Source of the DNA: an uncultured delta proteobacterium
GTDB lineage: Bacteria; Desulfobacterota; Binatia; JACPRU01
Assembly: GCA_963790365.1 (NCBI GenBank)
Contig: CAWBOU010000043.1
Location: 12,732-76,731 of the forward strand
Length of the DNA stretch: 64,000 bases
Reading direction: 5' to 3'
The notes under the pieces: generated by a model
The model's database searches: none
Told to the model about the DNA's origin: nothing
The model's input: the letters and a program-made list of their open reading frames with translations, nothing else
Translations under genes and position numbers: made by a program
Shown here: positions 27,201-37,269 of the stretch, in pieces
How positions within the stretch are numbered: the first letter of the stretch is position 1
How the letters are laid out: each line of letters starts with the position of its first letter

Positions 27201-29525
27201 ATGCTGCGACGCATTCTCTTCTCGGCTGCCATGCTCGCCGCGCTACCCGCTTGGGCGCAGTCGCCGCCGCATTCGATCGAGGAGGTCGTCGTCACCGCGC
27301 AGCGCCGAAGCGAGAACCTCCAGGACGTTCCCGTCGCGGTCACGGCGTTCACGGAGAACGTGATCGAGCAGCGCGACTTCGACTCGGTCGAAGATATCGA
27401 GCACTCCGTCCCCGGTTTCGTCTACGCGCACGTCGTCGGCACCACGCAGCCGACGCTCCGCGGCGTCGGGAGCGACCTCTACACCGCGGCCGGCGAGCCC
27501 GGCGTCGCGCTCTACGTCGACGACATCTACCTCGGCCGCACGTATCTACCGCAGGCCGCGCTCGGTGACGTCGAGCGCATCGAGGTCCTGCGCGGACCGC
27601 AGGGGACGCTCTACGGGCGAAACACCTCGGGCGGCGCGCTCAAGTTCGTCACCCGGCGCCCGCCGGACGAGCTCGATGTGCGCGCGAGCTTCCAGTACGG
27701 CTCCTTCGACCAGCTCCTCGGCAAAGCGTCGATCGGCGGACCGATCCTCGCGGAGATGCTGAAAGCGACGGCGTCGTTCGTCGGTGAAGATCGCGACGGG
27801 TGGCTGACGAACCTGAACACCGGCGAGAACCTCGAAGGACGCGAGCTCTGGTCGGGCCGTGCGGCGATGGACTTCGATCCGCTCGACTGGCTCGGCCTCA
27901 GCATCACGGGGGACGTCACGCGTCAGGAGGACGACGGCCCGCAGCCGCGCTACGTGCGTCCCGCGGTCGGCAACCTCGTGAGCGATTCGGCGGCCTCGCC
28001 GTTGTTCCGGCCGTACGACACCATCATCAAATCGATCGAAGACCAGTTCGCCATCGTGCTCGATCCGATCCGCGACCGCGTGCTCGCGGAGATCGCGGGC
28101 GGGCGCTTCTCCCCGGATCCGCGCGAGGTCTACACGGACTTCCCGCCCCACACGAAGATCGACAGCGAGGGCATCTCGGCCACGCTCAGAGGGACGTTCG
28201 GGCCGGTCGACGCGAAGCTCATCGGCGGCTGGCGGAACAGCAAGCGGAAACACAACTTCGACGCCGACGGCAGCGATCAGCCGCTCATCCACATGCACAA
28301 GTTCGACGATCGCGGCGAGCAGACGAGCGTCGAGCTCCACCTCTCCTCCGAAGGGGATCTCCCGTTCGGCCTCGGGCGCGGCCGTGTGCTCGGCGGCTTC
28401 TACTACTACGACGAGGACGCGAGTCAGTTGATCGACATCGCACTCTTGACGCTCGCGCCGAACGAGCTCGCCCCGCTGGCGGCGCTGATTCCGCCGAACG
28501 TGCCGGTCCTTCAGAACCCGGGTCTCTTCGCGCTCGTCTACGACGCCGAGCTCGACACGCGCTCCTACGCCGGGTTCGGGGAGGGCGAATGGGACGTGCT
28601 CGAGTGGCTGACCCTGCGCGCGGGCGGACGTTACACGCTCGACGAGAAGAGCGCCGTGCTCGCCTCGATCAACCCGTCCGTCACGGATGCGTGCCCGCCG
28701 ACGGCCTTCGAGGAATCCTTCAGCGCGTTCACCGGCAAAGTCGGCGCCGACGTGCGGATCGACGACGAGCGGATGGTGTACGCGTCGTTCAGCCAGGGCT
28801 TCAAGGCGGGCGGCTTCACGAACGCCGGCTGCAACGGCACGCCGTACGATCCCGAGCGCATCGACGCGTACGAGATCGGCTTCAAGAGCCAGTGGCTCGA
28901 GCGACGGCTGCGGCTGAACGTGGCGGCGTACTACTACTCCTTCCGCGACATCCAGGTGCAGCAGGCCGCGGGGCTCGTCTCGATCGTCGTCAACGCGGCC
29001 GAGGCCGAGATCAAGGGCGTCGAGGTCGAGATGCAGGCGCGGCCGTTCGACGGGATCGCGTTCCTCGACGGCTTCTCGCTCGACGGCTCGGCGACATGGC
29101 TCGACGCCAAGTACACGGACTACGTCGACGACGAACAGCTCACGCTCTTCGAAGGCGACATCGACCTATCCGGCAATCGCCTGCCGAAGGCTCCGGAGTG
29201 GTCGGGCACCGTCGGCGTGCAATACGACGCGCCGGTCGCGTCGTACGGTGAGGCAACGGCGCGCGTCGACTGGAGCTATCGCGGGCAGCAGTACTTCGAT
29301 CAGTTCAACCGCGACTTCAACGGCCAGGCCGCGTACGACCTGTGGAACGCGTTCCTCGGCTTCGAGCACGCGAGCGGGTACGGCGGCTTCCGCGGCTTCG
29401 TGAAGAATATCGAGGACGAATCCTACCTGCAGGGCGGCCTGATCACGTCGTTCATCATCGGCGCGCCGTCGAACTTCTATGCGGCGCCGCGGACGTGGGG
29501 TATCGAGGCGTACGTCCGCTTCTGA
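27201..29525 (+). CDS. TonB-dependent outer-membrane receptor
   Basis: Signal peptide, IEEVVVTAQRRSENLQDVP, ERIEVLRGPQGTLYGRN, and terminal PRTWGIEAYVRF. Confidence 0.93.
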   Translation: MLRRILFSAAMLAALPAWAQSPPHSIEEVVVTAQRRSENLQDVPVAVTAFTENVIEQRDFDSVEDIEHSVPGFVYAHVVGTTQPTLRGVGSDLYTAAGEPGVALYVDDIYLGRTYLPQAALGDVERIEVLRGPQGTLYGRNTSGGALKFVTRRPPDELDVRASFQYGSFDQLLGKASIGGPILAEMLKATASFVGEDRDGWLTNLNTGENLEGRELWSGRAAMDFDPLDWLGLSITGDVTRQEDDGPQPRYVRPAVGNLVSDSAASPLFRPYDTIIKSIEDQFAIVLDPIRDRVLAEIAGGRFSPDPREVYTDFPPHTKIDSEGISATLRGTFGPVDAKLIGGWRNSKRKHNFDADGSDQPLIHMHKFDDRGEQTSVELHLSSEGDLPFGLGRGRVLGGFYYYDEDASQLIDIALLTLAPNELAPLAALIPPNVPVLQNPGLFALVYDAELDTRSYAGFGEGEWDVLEWLTLRAGGRYTLDEKSAVLASINPSVTDACPPTAFEESFSAFTGKVGADVRIDDERMVYASFSQGFKAGGFTNAGCNGTPYDPERIDAYEIGFKSQWLERRLRLNVAAYYYSFRDIQVQQAAGLVSIVVNAAEAEIKGVEVEMQARPFDGIAFLDGFSLDGSATWLDAKYTDYVDDEQLTLFEGDIDLSGNRLPKAPEWSGTVGVQYDAPVASYGEATARVDWSYRGQQYFDQFNRDFNGQAAYDLWNAFLGFEHASGYGGFRGFVKNIEDESYLQGGLITSFIIGAPSNFYAAPRTWGIEAYVRF

Positions 29526-31216
29526 TGGATACGGCCGAAGCCTACCTCGCCCTTCTCGCCGACCGCGGCATCCGATGGATGTTCGGCAACGGCGGCACCG
29601 ACTTCGCGCCGATCGTCGAAGCGCTCGTGCGCATGCAGGCGCGCGGCGCGGCGTTCCCGCAGCCGATCACCGTGCCCCACGAGCAGGTCGCCGCGAGCAT
29701 GGCGCACGGCGCGGCGATGGTGAGCGGCGAGCCGCAGCTCGTCATGGCGCACGTGACCGTCGGCACCGCGAACCTCCTGAACGGCATCATCAATGCCAGC
29801 CGTTCGAACGCGCCGATCCTCTTCACCGCGGGCCGCTCACCGATCACCGAGCGCGGTCTCCGCGGCTCGCGCGATCTCCACATCCATTGGTCGCAGGAAG
29901 CGTTCGACCAGGGCGCGATGGTGCGCGAGTGGGTGAAGTGGGACTACGAGCTCCGCAACGCGACGCAGCTCGAGACCGTCGTCGACCGCGCGCTGGCGCT
30001 CTGCTCGGCGGAGCCGCGCGGACCGGTCTATCTGACGCTGCCGCGCGAGGTGCTCGCGACGGAGATCGAGAACCGGACGTTCTCGCAGCGCCGCGCGACC
30101 GTCGGCGCCGCGCTCGAGCATCCGCGTCCGGCCGGCGTCGCCGAAGCGGCCGAAGCGATCCGTCGCGCGCGGAATCCGCTGATCGTGACGTCCGCGGCGG
30201 GGCGTGATCCCGCAGCCGTCGCCGCGCTCGTCGCGCTCGCGGAGCTCGCGGCGATTTCCGTCGTCGAGCCGGGCCGCACGTTCGTGAATTTCCCGACGAC
30301 CCATCCGCTGCACTCCGGCTTCGATTCGAATGCGCTCGTCGCCGAGGCCGACGTCGTCCTCGTCGTCGAGGCGGACGTGCCGTGGATTCCGGTACGCGCG
30401 GAGCCGCGCGCCGACGCGACCGTGATCCATCTCGGCGTCGATCCGCAGCACACGCGCTATCCGATCTGGGGATTTCGAACCGACGTCGCGATCACGGCGG
30501 CGCCCGCGGCCGGCCTGCGAGCGCTCGCGGAGGAGCTCCGCGAGCGGCCGGCGCTCGATCCGGCGGCGATCGAGGAGCGGCGTGCCACGGCGACGGCCCG
30601 ACACGAGAGCGCGCGACGCGCCGCGCGCGAGGGCGCCGTGGCGCGCGCGAGCGCGAGCCCCGTCGACTTCGCCTGGCTCGCATCGGCGATCGGCCAGGTC
30701 CTCGACGACGAGACGATCTGCATCAACGAATACGACCTGCTGCCGCAGTTTCTCGATTTCGCGCGGCCCGGCTCGTACTTCGGCTATCCACCTTCGGGCG
30801 GCCTCGGCTGGGGCCTCGGCGCCGCGCTCGGCGCCAAGCTCGCCGCGCCCGACAAGACGGTCGTCTGCTGCGTCGGTGACGGCTCCTACCTCTTCGGCGA
30901 GCCGCTCGCGGCGCACTGGGTCTCGCGCGCGCAGAGCCTACCGGTGCTCTTCGTCGTCTTCAACAACGAGGCGTGGAACGCCGTGCGAGCCTCGACGCTC
31001 ATGGTCTACCCGGAGGGCGCCACGCGAGACGCAGCCTCGACACCGTTCTCCGATCTCCGCCCGCAGGGACGCTTCGACCAGGTGGTCGCCGCCTTCGGCG
31101 GGCACGGCGAACGGGTCGAGCACGGCGTGGACGTGCTCCCCGCCCTGCGGCGCGCGCTCCGCGTCGTCCGCGAAGAAGGGCGCCAGGCGCTGCTCGACGT
31201 GAGCTGCGCGCGTTAG
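29525..31216 (+). CDS. Thiamine-diphosphate-dependent enzyme (benzoylformate-decarboxylase/acetolactate-synthase-like family)
   Basis: FGNGGTDFAP, PHEQVA, GDGSYLF-x-NN ThDP motif; TGATG overlap with the receptor gene. Confidence 0.88.
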   Translation: MDTAEAYLALLADRGIRWMFGNGGTDFAPIVEALVRMQARGAAFPQPITVPHEQVAASMAHGAAMVSGEPQLVMAHVTVGTANLLNGIINASRSNAPILFTAGRSPITERGLRGSRDLHIHWSQEAFDQGAMVREWVKWDYELRNATQLETVVDRALALCSAEPRGPVYLTLPREVLATEIENRTFSQRRATVGAALEHPRPAGVAEAAEAIRRARNPLIVTSAAGRDPAAVAALVALAELAAISVVEPGRTFVNFPTTHPLHSGFDSNALVAEADVVLVVEADVPWIPVRAEPRADATVIHLGVDPQHTRYPIWGFRTDVAITAAPAAGLRALAEELRERPALDPAAIEERRATATARHESARRAAREGAVARASASPVDFAWLASAIGQVLDDETICINEYDLLPQFLDFARPGSYFGYPPSGGLGWGLGAALGAKLAAPDKTVVCCVGDGSYLFGEPLAAHWVSRAQSLPVLFVVFNNEAWNAVRASTLMVYPEGATRDAASTPFSDLRPQGRFDQVVAAFGGHGERVEHGVDVLPALRRALRVVREEGRQALLDVSCAR

Positions 31217-31226
31217 CCCACGCCGT

Positions 31227-32006
31227 CTACGCCGAGAACCGCCGGAAGAACTCCGTCGCCGCGGCGTCGAACGCTTCCGGAGCCTCGAGATTGACGGCGT
31301 GCCCGGCGTCGAGGCCGACGACCTCGAGCGCGGGCATCGTGCGCTCCGCGTGCTCGCGATGGGGCGCGAAGCGCTTCTCGTGATGTCCGAAGACGAGGAG
31401 CGTCGGCACGCGGTTCTCCCCGACTCGGTCGCGGACGCTCGATTCCGGGAGCATGTGTCGCCAGATGCGCGCGACCGCGCCGGGATCGACGAGCGCCGCG
31501 TCCTCGAGGATCGCGCGCTTCACGTCCGGCGCGAGGCGCTTGGCGCGAAGCGGATGGATCGGGAGCTTCTCGAGCCCTTCCCGTCCGCCCGCGGCGATCG
31601 CCGCGGACATCGTCTCCGCGGTGGCGAGCGTTGCCTTCGTCCACGCCTCGTCGGCGAGCGCCGAAACGGAGTTCGTGAAGACATGCGCGATCAGGCGATC
31701 GGGATGATCGAGCGCGTAGCGAAGCGTCAGCGCCGCGCCGAGCGAGGCGCCGCAGACGAGCCAACGCTCGACGCCGAGCTCGCGGCGGATCTCTTCGAAG
31801 AGGCGGACGGCGGTGCTCGGTCGATAGAGCTCGGGGTCCTCCGGCGCGGGCGACCGCCCGTGCCCCCAGAGCTCGACGACGACCGGGCGACAAACCCGGC
31901 GCAAAGAAGAAAGATTGGGCGCCCACTGCGCGCGGCCGGAGAGCATGCCGTGCACGAGGAGGAGCGGCGGCCCCTCGCCCGCGTGGACGTCGTGGTGGAA
32001 TCTCAG
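31227..32006 (-). CDS. Alpha/beta-fold hydrolase (apparent CTG start)
   Basis: GEGPPLLLVHG, ELWGHGRS, GASLG, AGHAVNLE. The domain begins right at the ALDH stop with a CTGA overlap. Confidence 0.75.
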   Translation of the reverse strand: MRFHHDVHAGEGPPLLLVHGMLSGRAQWAPNLSSLRRVCRPVVVELWGHGRSPAPEDPELYRPSTAVRLFEEIRRELGVERWLVCGASLGAALTLRYALDHPDRLIAHVFTNSVSALADEAWTKATLATAETMSAAIAAGGREGLEKLPIHPLRAKRLAPDVKRAILEDAALVDPGAVARIWRHMLPESSVRDRVGENRVPTLLVFGHHEKRFAPHREHAERTMPALEVVGLDAGHAVNLEAPEAFDAAATEFFRRFSA

Positions 32007-33418
32007 AGCTTGATCGTCACGCACTTGAGCTGCGTGTAGTGGTGCAGCGCCTCGAGGCCCTTCTCGCGCCCGTAGCCGCTCATCTTGTAGCCGCCGAACG
32101 GAGTCTCGACGCCGCCGGCCATCCACTCGTTCACGAAGATCTGTCCGGCTTCGAGCCGCGCGGCGACGCGGTGCGCGCGCGAGAGATCGCGCGTCCAGAT
32201 GCCGGCGACGAGCCCGTACTCGGAGTCGTTCGCGATCCGCACCGCCTCGTCCTCGTCGCCGAACGGGATCGCAACGACCACCGGGCCGAAGATCTCCTCG
32301 CGCGCGAGGCGCGAATCGTTCGTCACGCCGGAATAGATCGTCGGGGAGACGTACCAGCCGCGGCCGAGGTCCGTCGGCAGCTCGCCGCCGACGACCGCTT
32401 TCAACCCCTCGTCCTTCGCGACCGCGTAGTAGTCCTGCACCTTCTGGTATTGCGCCTCGGTCGTCACCGGGCCGAGCGCCTTGCCGGGCTTCGACACCGT
32501 CTGCGGCGACGGGCGAGCGCAGCGACGAACGAGTCGTGGATCTCGCGCTGAAGGAGAAGCCGCGTGCCGCAGCTGCAGACCTGCCCGGGTTGATCACGAA
32601 CGCGCGGAGCGAGCCGACGACCGCCGCTTCCATGTCGGCATCGGCGAAGACGAGGTTCGGCGATTTGCCACCGAGCTCGAGCGTGAGCGGCAGGATCCGA
32701 TCGGCGGCGATCCGCGAGATCTCCTTCCCCGCGCGCACCGAGCCGGTGAACGCGACCTTGCGCACGTCCGGATGCTCGACGAGCGCCTGGCCCGCCTCGC
32801 GCCCGGTGCCGGTGACGACGTTGAAGACGCCGGCGGGAACGCCGCAATCGATCGCCATCCGCGCGAGCGCGAGACACGTCGCCGAGGTGAACTCCGACGG
32901 CTTCGCGACCGCGACGTTGCCGGCGGCGAGCGCGGGCGCGACGGCGCGCGCCGCCTGGTTCATCGGCGCGTTCCACGGCAGGATCACGCCGACGACGCCG
33001 TAAGGCTCGCGGCGCGTGTACGAGTGGTATGCGGCGCCGAGGTCGATCGTGTCGCCCTGGATCGCGTTCACGAGCCCGCCGTAGAGCTCGAAGTACTGCG
33101 CCGCGACCTCGATCTCGCCCATCGCCTGCATTTGCGGCTTGCCGGTCTCGCCCTGCTCGAGCGCGACGAGCTCGCTCATCCGCTCGCGCATGCGGCGCGC
33201 GATCTCGAGGAGGATCCGCCCGCGCTCGATCGGACGCCGATCGCGCCACGCGGGGAACGCGCCCTTCGCCGATTCGACCGCGGCGGCGACGTCCGCGGCG
33301 TTCCCGCGCGCGACGGACCGGCGACCTCGCCGGTCGTCGGGTTCTTGGTTTCGACGTACTGCCCGGAGCGCGGCGCCACCGAAGCGCCGGCGATGAAGTG
33401 GTCCTGCGGCTCGCTCAT
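32003..33418 (-). pseudogene. NAD-dependent aldehyde dehydrogenase with about 3 frameshifts (possibly sequencing indels)
   Basis: Pieces in successive frames: MSEPQDHFIAG, PWNAP..KPSE..FTGS..LELGGKSP, GQVCSCGTR, EEIFGPV..PFGGYKMSGYGREKG. Frame changes near 33325, 32590 and 32510. Confidence 0.85.
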
Positions 33419-34346
33419 GATCCGCCCCTGCCGAGCTTGTCGGCGAGGCGAGCACGCTCGATCACGTTCTCGAAGATGCGCGCCGTCGCCGCGTCGATCA
33501 TCATGCCGCCGACCGCCTTCGCGCCGTCGCCGCCGCGCTCGGCGCGCCTGGTACGCCTCGATCATCCGCTTCGCGGTCGCGATCTCCTCGTCGGTCGGCG
33601 CGAACACCTCGTTCGCGATCTCGATCTGGCTCGGGTGGATCGCCCACTTGCCGACGGCGCCGAGCGTCGCCGCCCACGTCGCGTCTTCCGGTAGCCGTCA
33701 GGATCGCGGAAGTTCGCGAACGGTCCGTCGATCGCGTCGATGCCGTTCGCGCGCGCGGCGACGATCATGTCGCGTCGCGCGCGTAGTGCCACATGTCGCC
33801 CGGGATAGCCGCCGCCGCCGTCGTCGCCGATGTGGCCGAGGCGCATGCCCTGGCTCGCGGAGAGGTCGCCGAAGCCGAGGATCAGCGCCTCGAGCCGCGG
33901 CGAGCACGCGGCGATCTCCTCGACGCGCGCGAGCGCCTCCGTCTCCTCGATCAGCACCTCGAGGCCGATCGGCGTCGTCGAGGCCGAGCTTCTTCTCGAG
34001 CTGCGTGAGCAGCGTGTCGAAGAACCAGACGTCGCGCGGCGCCTTCACCTTCGGGATGATGAGGATGTCGAGGTTCGCGCCGCGCCCGTCGACGACGCGA
34101 TGATGTCGCCGTGCGCCCATTCGGTGTGCGCGCCGTTGACGCGCACGCGCGCGGAGCTTCTTGCCCCAGTCGAGCTCGCGCAGGCCGCGATCGACGATGT
34201 CGCGCGCGCCGATCCTTCTGCGCCGGCGCGACCGCGTCCTCGAGATCGAGGAACACGAGGTCGGCGGCGCTCGCCGCCGCCTTCTCGATCATCTTCTCGC
34301 TCGAGCCCGGCGTCGACAGCTCGGATCGTCTGAGCCGTAGACTCAT
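33415..34346 (-). pseudogene. HpcH/CitE-like (malyl-/citramalyl-CoA lyase-like) protein with many frameshifts (possibly sequencing indels)
   Basis: RRSELSTPGS..DLVFLDLEDAVAP, RVNG, IIPKV, LIEETE..GFGDLSASQG, AIDGP, GKWAIHPSQI, GMMIDAAT, spread over all three frames. Confidence 0.8.
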
Positions 34347-34391
34347 GCGTACTACCGGACTCGTAGTCAGCCGCAGCGAAGCAAGTGACCC

Positions 34392-35606
34392 TCATGGTTT
34401 TTTCCTCGCGCGCGCTTCCGCCAAGACCTCCTCGGTGTGCTCGCCGAGGAGCGGCGGGCGGCGATAGACGCCGGCCGGCGTGGTGGTGAACTTGATCGGC
34501 GTGTTCGCGACGACGACACGATGGTTCTCGCCCGGGAGCTCCATCTCGGCGAGCATGTCGCGCGCCGCGACGTGCGGGTCGGCGAATACGTCCGGCGCGG
34601 TGTTCACGGGACCGACCGGAACCTTGCCGCCGAGGATCTCGACGACCTCCCGCTTCGTCTTCGAGCGCGTCCACTCGAGCAGGATGCCGTTCACGAAGTC
34701 GCGGTTCGCCGAGCGGCGGCCGACGTCCTTCGTGCGCTCGTCCGCGACGAGGTCCGGCCGGCCGAGGATCGCGCAGAGCGCGCCCCAATGGTTCTCCATC
34801 GGTGCGGCGATCGCGACCGCGCCGTCGCTCGTCTCGTAGACGTCGAACGGGCAGAGGCTCGGATGGCCGGACCCTCGCGCGCCGAGCGCGCGCTTCGCGT
34901 ACGAATAGTTGACGACGATCGTCTCGCAGAGCGCGAGCACGGCGTCGACCATCGAGACGTCGAGGAACTGCCCCTGCCCCGAGCGGCGCGCGGCATGAAC
35001 CGCGGAGACGACTCCGAGCGCCATCAAGGTTCCGGGAAAGATGTCGCCGACGCTCGAGCCGCTCGGGAACCCCGCCGTGCCGGTCGGCCCGGTGATGCCG
35101 ACGAGCCCGCCCATGCACTGCGCGACGATGTCGAACGCCGGCCACTGCGCGTACGGGCTCTCGCCGGTCCGCGGATCGCCGAAGCCGCGGATCGCCGCGT
35201 AGACGATGCGCGGATTCCGCGCGCGGCACGTCTCGTAGCCGACGCCGAGGCGGTCCATGACGCCGACGCGCGAGTTCTCGATGACCGCGTCGGCAGTGTC
35301 GACGAGCTCGAGGAACGAGGCGCGGTCCGCTTCCTTCGTGAGGTCGAGCACGACGCTCCGCTTGTTGCGGTTGATGCTCGCGAAGTAGCCGCCGTAATCG
35401 CAGCCCGCGGTCGAGCCCGAAGACGGCGCGGCGAAGTCTTTCGGGATCGGCGGCAGAATGCGCGCCATGTCGCCGCGCGGCGGCTCTATCTTGATGACGT
35501 CGCAGCCGAGATCGGCGAGCAGCGCGGTGCCGAACGGCCCGGCGAGCGCCTGCGTGCAGTCGACGATGCGAAGGTCCGAGAGCGGGCCGGTGCGTCCCTC
35601 GATCAA
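34392..35606 (-). CDS. Family III CoA transferase (CaiB/BaiF)
   Basis: GPLSDLRIVDCTQALAGP, NRNKRSVVLDL, ENSR.G, FDIVAQCMGG, PPLLGEHT. TTG start with a GGAGA RBS and TTGA overlap. Confidence 0.9.
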   Translation of the reverse strand: MIEGRTGPLSDLRIVDCTQALAGPFGTALLADLGCDVIKIEPPRGDMARILPPIPKDFAAPSSGSTAGCDYGGYFASINRNKRSVVLDLTKEADRASFLELVDTADAVIENSRVGVMDRLGVGYETCRARNPRIVYAAIRGFGDPRTGESPYAQWPAFDIVAQCMGGLVGITGPTGTAGFPSGSSVGDIFPGTLMALGVVSAVHAARRSGQGQFLDVSMVDAVLALCETIVVNYSYAKRALGARGSGHPSLCPFDVYETSDGAVAIAAPMENHWGALCAILGRPDLVADERTKDVGRRSANRDFVNGILLEWTRSKTKREVVEILGGKVPVGPVNTAPDVFADPHVAARDMLAEMELPGENHRVVVANTPIKFTTTPAGVYRRPPLLGEHTEEVLAEARARKKP

Positions 35607-36061
35607 GTTTGCTTCTCCCAATGGCTCTTGCGCTTCAATAACACCTCGCGCTCCCCCTCGAAGACGATCGTGCCGTCCTGCTTCGTGCCCCAGTGCTTGA
35701 AGCGGACGACGCCCGCGTCGGCGCGGTCGGCGTCTCGCACCGCCAGCACCTCCGTGAACGCCGTCAGCGAATCCCCGTGGAAGACCGGCGCGCGGAAGCG
35801 GAGCTTGTCGAGGCGGAGCTCCGCGAGCGCGTTCTCGGCCGTGTCTTGCGTCGCGAGCCCGATCACGACGGAGCCGGTGACGAGGCCGAATACCACCCGC
35901 TGCCCGAACACCGTCGTCTTCGCGAAGTGCTCGTCGTAGTGCGCGCTCGCGGTGTTCATCACGAGCTTCGTCACCATCTGGTTCTCGACCTCGCCGATCG
36001 TCGTGCCGCGTGCGTGCCGCATGCGCTGGCCGACCTCGTAGTCCTCGAACCAAAGGCTCAC
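35603..36061 (-). CDS. MaoC-family dehydratase
   Basis: WFEDYEVGQRMRHARGTTI, N..SAHYD, FRAPVFHGDSL. GTG start overlapping the ACAD stop. Confidence 0.88.
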   Translation of the reverse strand: MSLWFEDYEVGQRMRHARGTTIGEVENQMVTKLVMNTASAHYDEHFAKTTVFGQRVVFGLVTGSVVIGLATQDTAENALAELRLDKLRFRAPVFHGDSLTAFTEVLAVRDADRADAGVVRFKHWGTKQDGTIVFEGEREVLLKRKSHWEKQT

Positions 36062-37269
36062 TTCTTCGCCCTCGGCAGGTACGTGTCCGAGATGATGCGC
36101 TGCTGGATCTCGGAGGTACCCTCGAAGATCTTCGTCAGCCGCGCGTCGCGCCAGTAGCGCTCGAGCGGGTATTCGGTCGTGTAGCCAGCGCCGCCGTGGA
36201 TCTGGATGCCCTCGCTCGTCACGCGCTCCGCCATCTCGCTCGCGAAGAGCTTCGCCATCGAGGCCTTGATGTCGTCCACCCGTCCTTTGTCGGACTCGTC
36301 CGCGGCCGAATAGGTGAGATCGCGCGCCGCCTCGATCTCGGTCGCCATCATCGCGATCTTGAACCGGATCGCCTGAAAATCGCCGATCGGCCGCTCGAAC
36401 TGCTCGCGCGACTGCGCGTAGGCGACGGAATCCTCGAGCGCGCCGCGCGCGAGGCCGATCGCGCGCGCCGCGGTGTGAATGCGCGCGATCGAGAGCCAGC
36501 TGAGCGCACGCTTGAAGCCCTCGCCCGCGGCGCCGTCGCCCCCCTTCTCCGCGCCGAGTACGTTCTCGCGCGGAATCTTGAAGTCCGTGAACGAGAGCTC
36601 CCATGTCTTCCAACCGTGGTAGCCGATCTTCCGCATCGGCGTGCCCTCGACGCCGTCCGGAAGCTTGCCGCGCTCCTTCGGAATCAGGAACTGCGTGATG
36701 CCCGCGTGGCGCCGTTGCGGGTCGTACGGGGTCGCGCGCGCGACGAGCACGATGAAGTCCGCGCCGTCCGCGAACGTGCACCACATCTTCTGCCCGTTGA
36801 TGACCCAGTGATCGCCCTCGAGCTCCGCGCGACAGCGGATCGACGCCGCGTCCGAGCCCGACGCCGGCTCGGAGAGCGCAAACGCGCCGAGGCATTCGCC
36901 CTTCGCCATCTTCGGCAGCATTTCTTTCCTGTGTTTCTCACTGAATCCCCCGCCGAGACCGTTGCCGCGCGCGATGATGCTCGCGACGCTCATCCACGCA
37001 CGCGAGAGCTCCTCGGTGACGAGCACGTACTCGAAGATGCCGAGCCCGAGCCCGCCGTACTCCTGCGGGATCAAGATGCCGAAGTAGCCGAGCTCCGCCA
37101 TCTTGTCGCGGAGATCCATCGGGATCTCGCCCTTCTCGGGATCGAGCTTGTTCGCGACCGGCATCACTTCCTTCATCGCGAACTCGCGCGCCGACTCGAG
37201 AATCGCCTGCCGCTCTTCCGTGAAGTACGCGGCGGGAACGCGTTGGATGACGCCCGTCCGCAGGCTCAC
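36058..37269 (-). CDS. Acyl-CoA dehydrogenase
   Basis: AFALSEPASGSDA, INGQKMWCT, QSREQFERPIGDFQAI, QIHGGAGY, YWRDARLTKIFEGTSEIQ. Confidence 0.93.
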   Translation of the reverse strand: MSLRTGVIQRVPAAYFTEERQAILESAREFAMKEVMPVANKLDPEKGEIPMDLRDKMAELGYFGILIPQEYGGLGLGIFEYVLVTEELSRAWMSVASIIARGNGLGGGFSEKHRKEMLPKMAKGECLGAFALSEPASGSDAASIRCRAELEGDHWVINGQKMWCTFADGADFIVLVARATPYDPQRRHAGITQFLIPKERGKLPDGVEGTPMRKIGYHGWKTWELSFTDFKIPRENVLGAEKGGDGAAGEGFKRALSWLSIARIHTAARAIGLARGALEDSVAYAQSREQFERPIGDFQAIRFKIAMMATEIEAARDLTYSAADESDKGRVDDIKASMAKLFASEMAERVTSEGIQIHGGAGYTTEYPLERYWRDARLTKIFEGTSEIQQRIISDTYLPRAKK

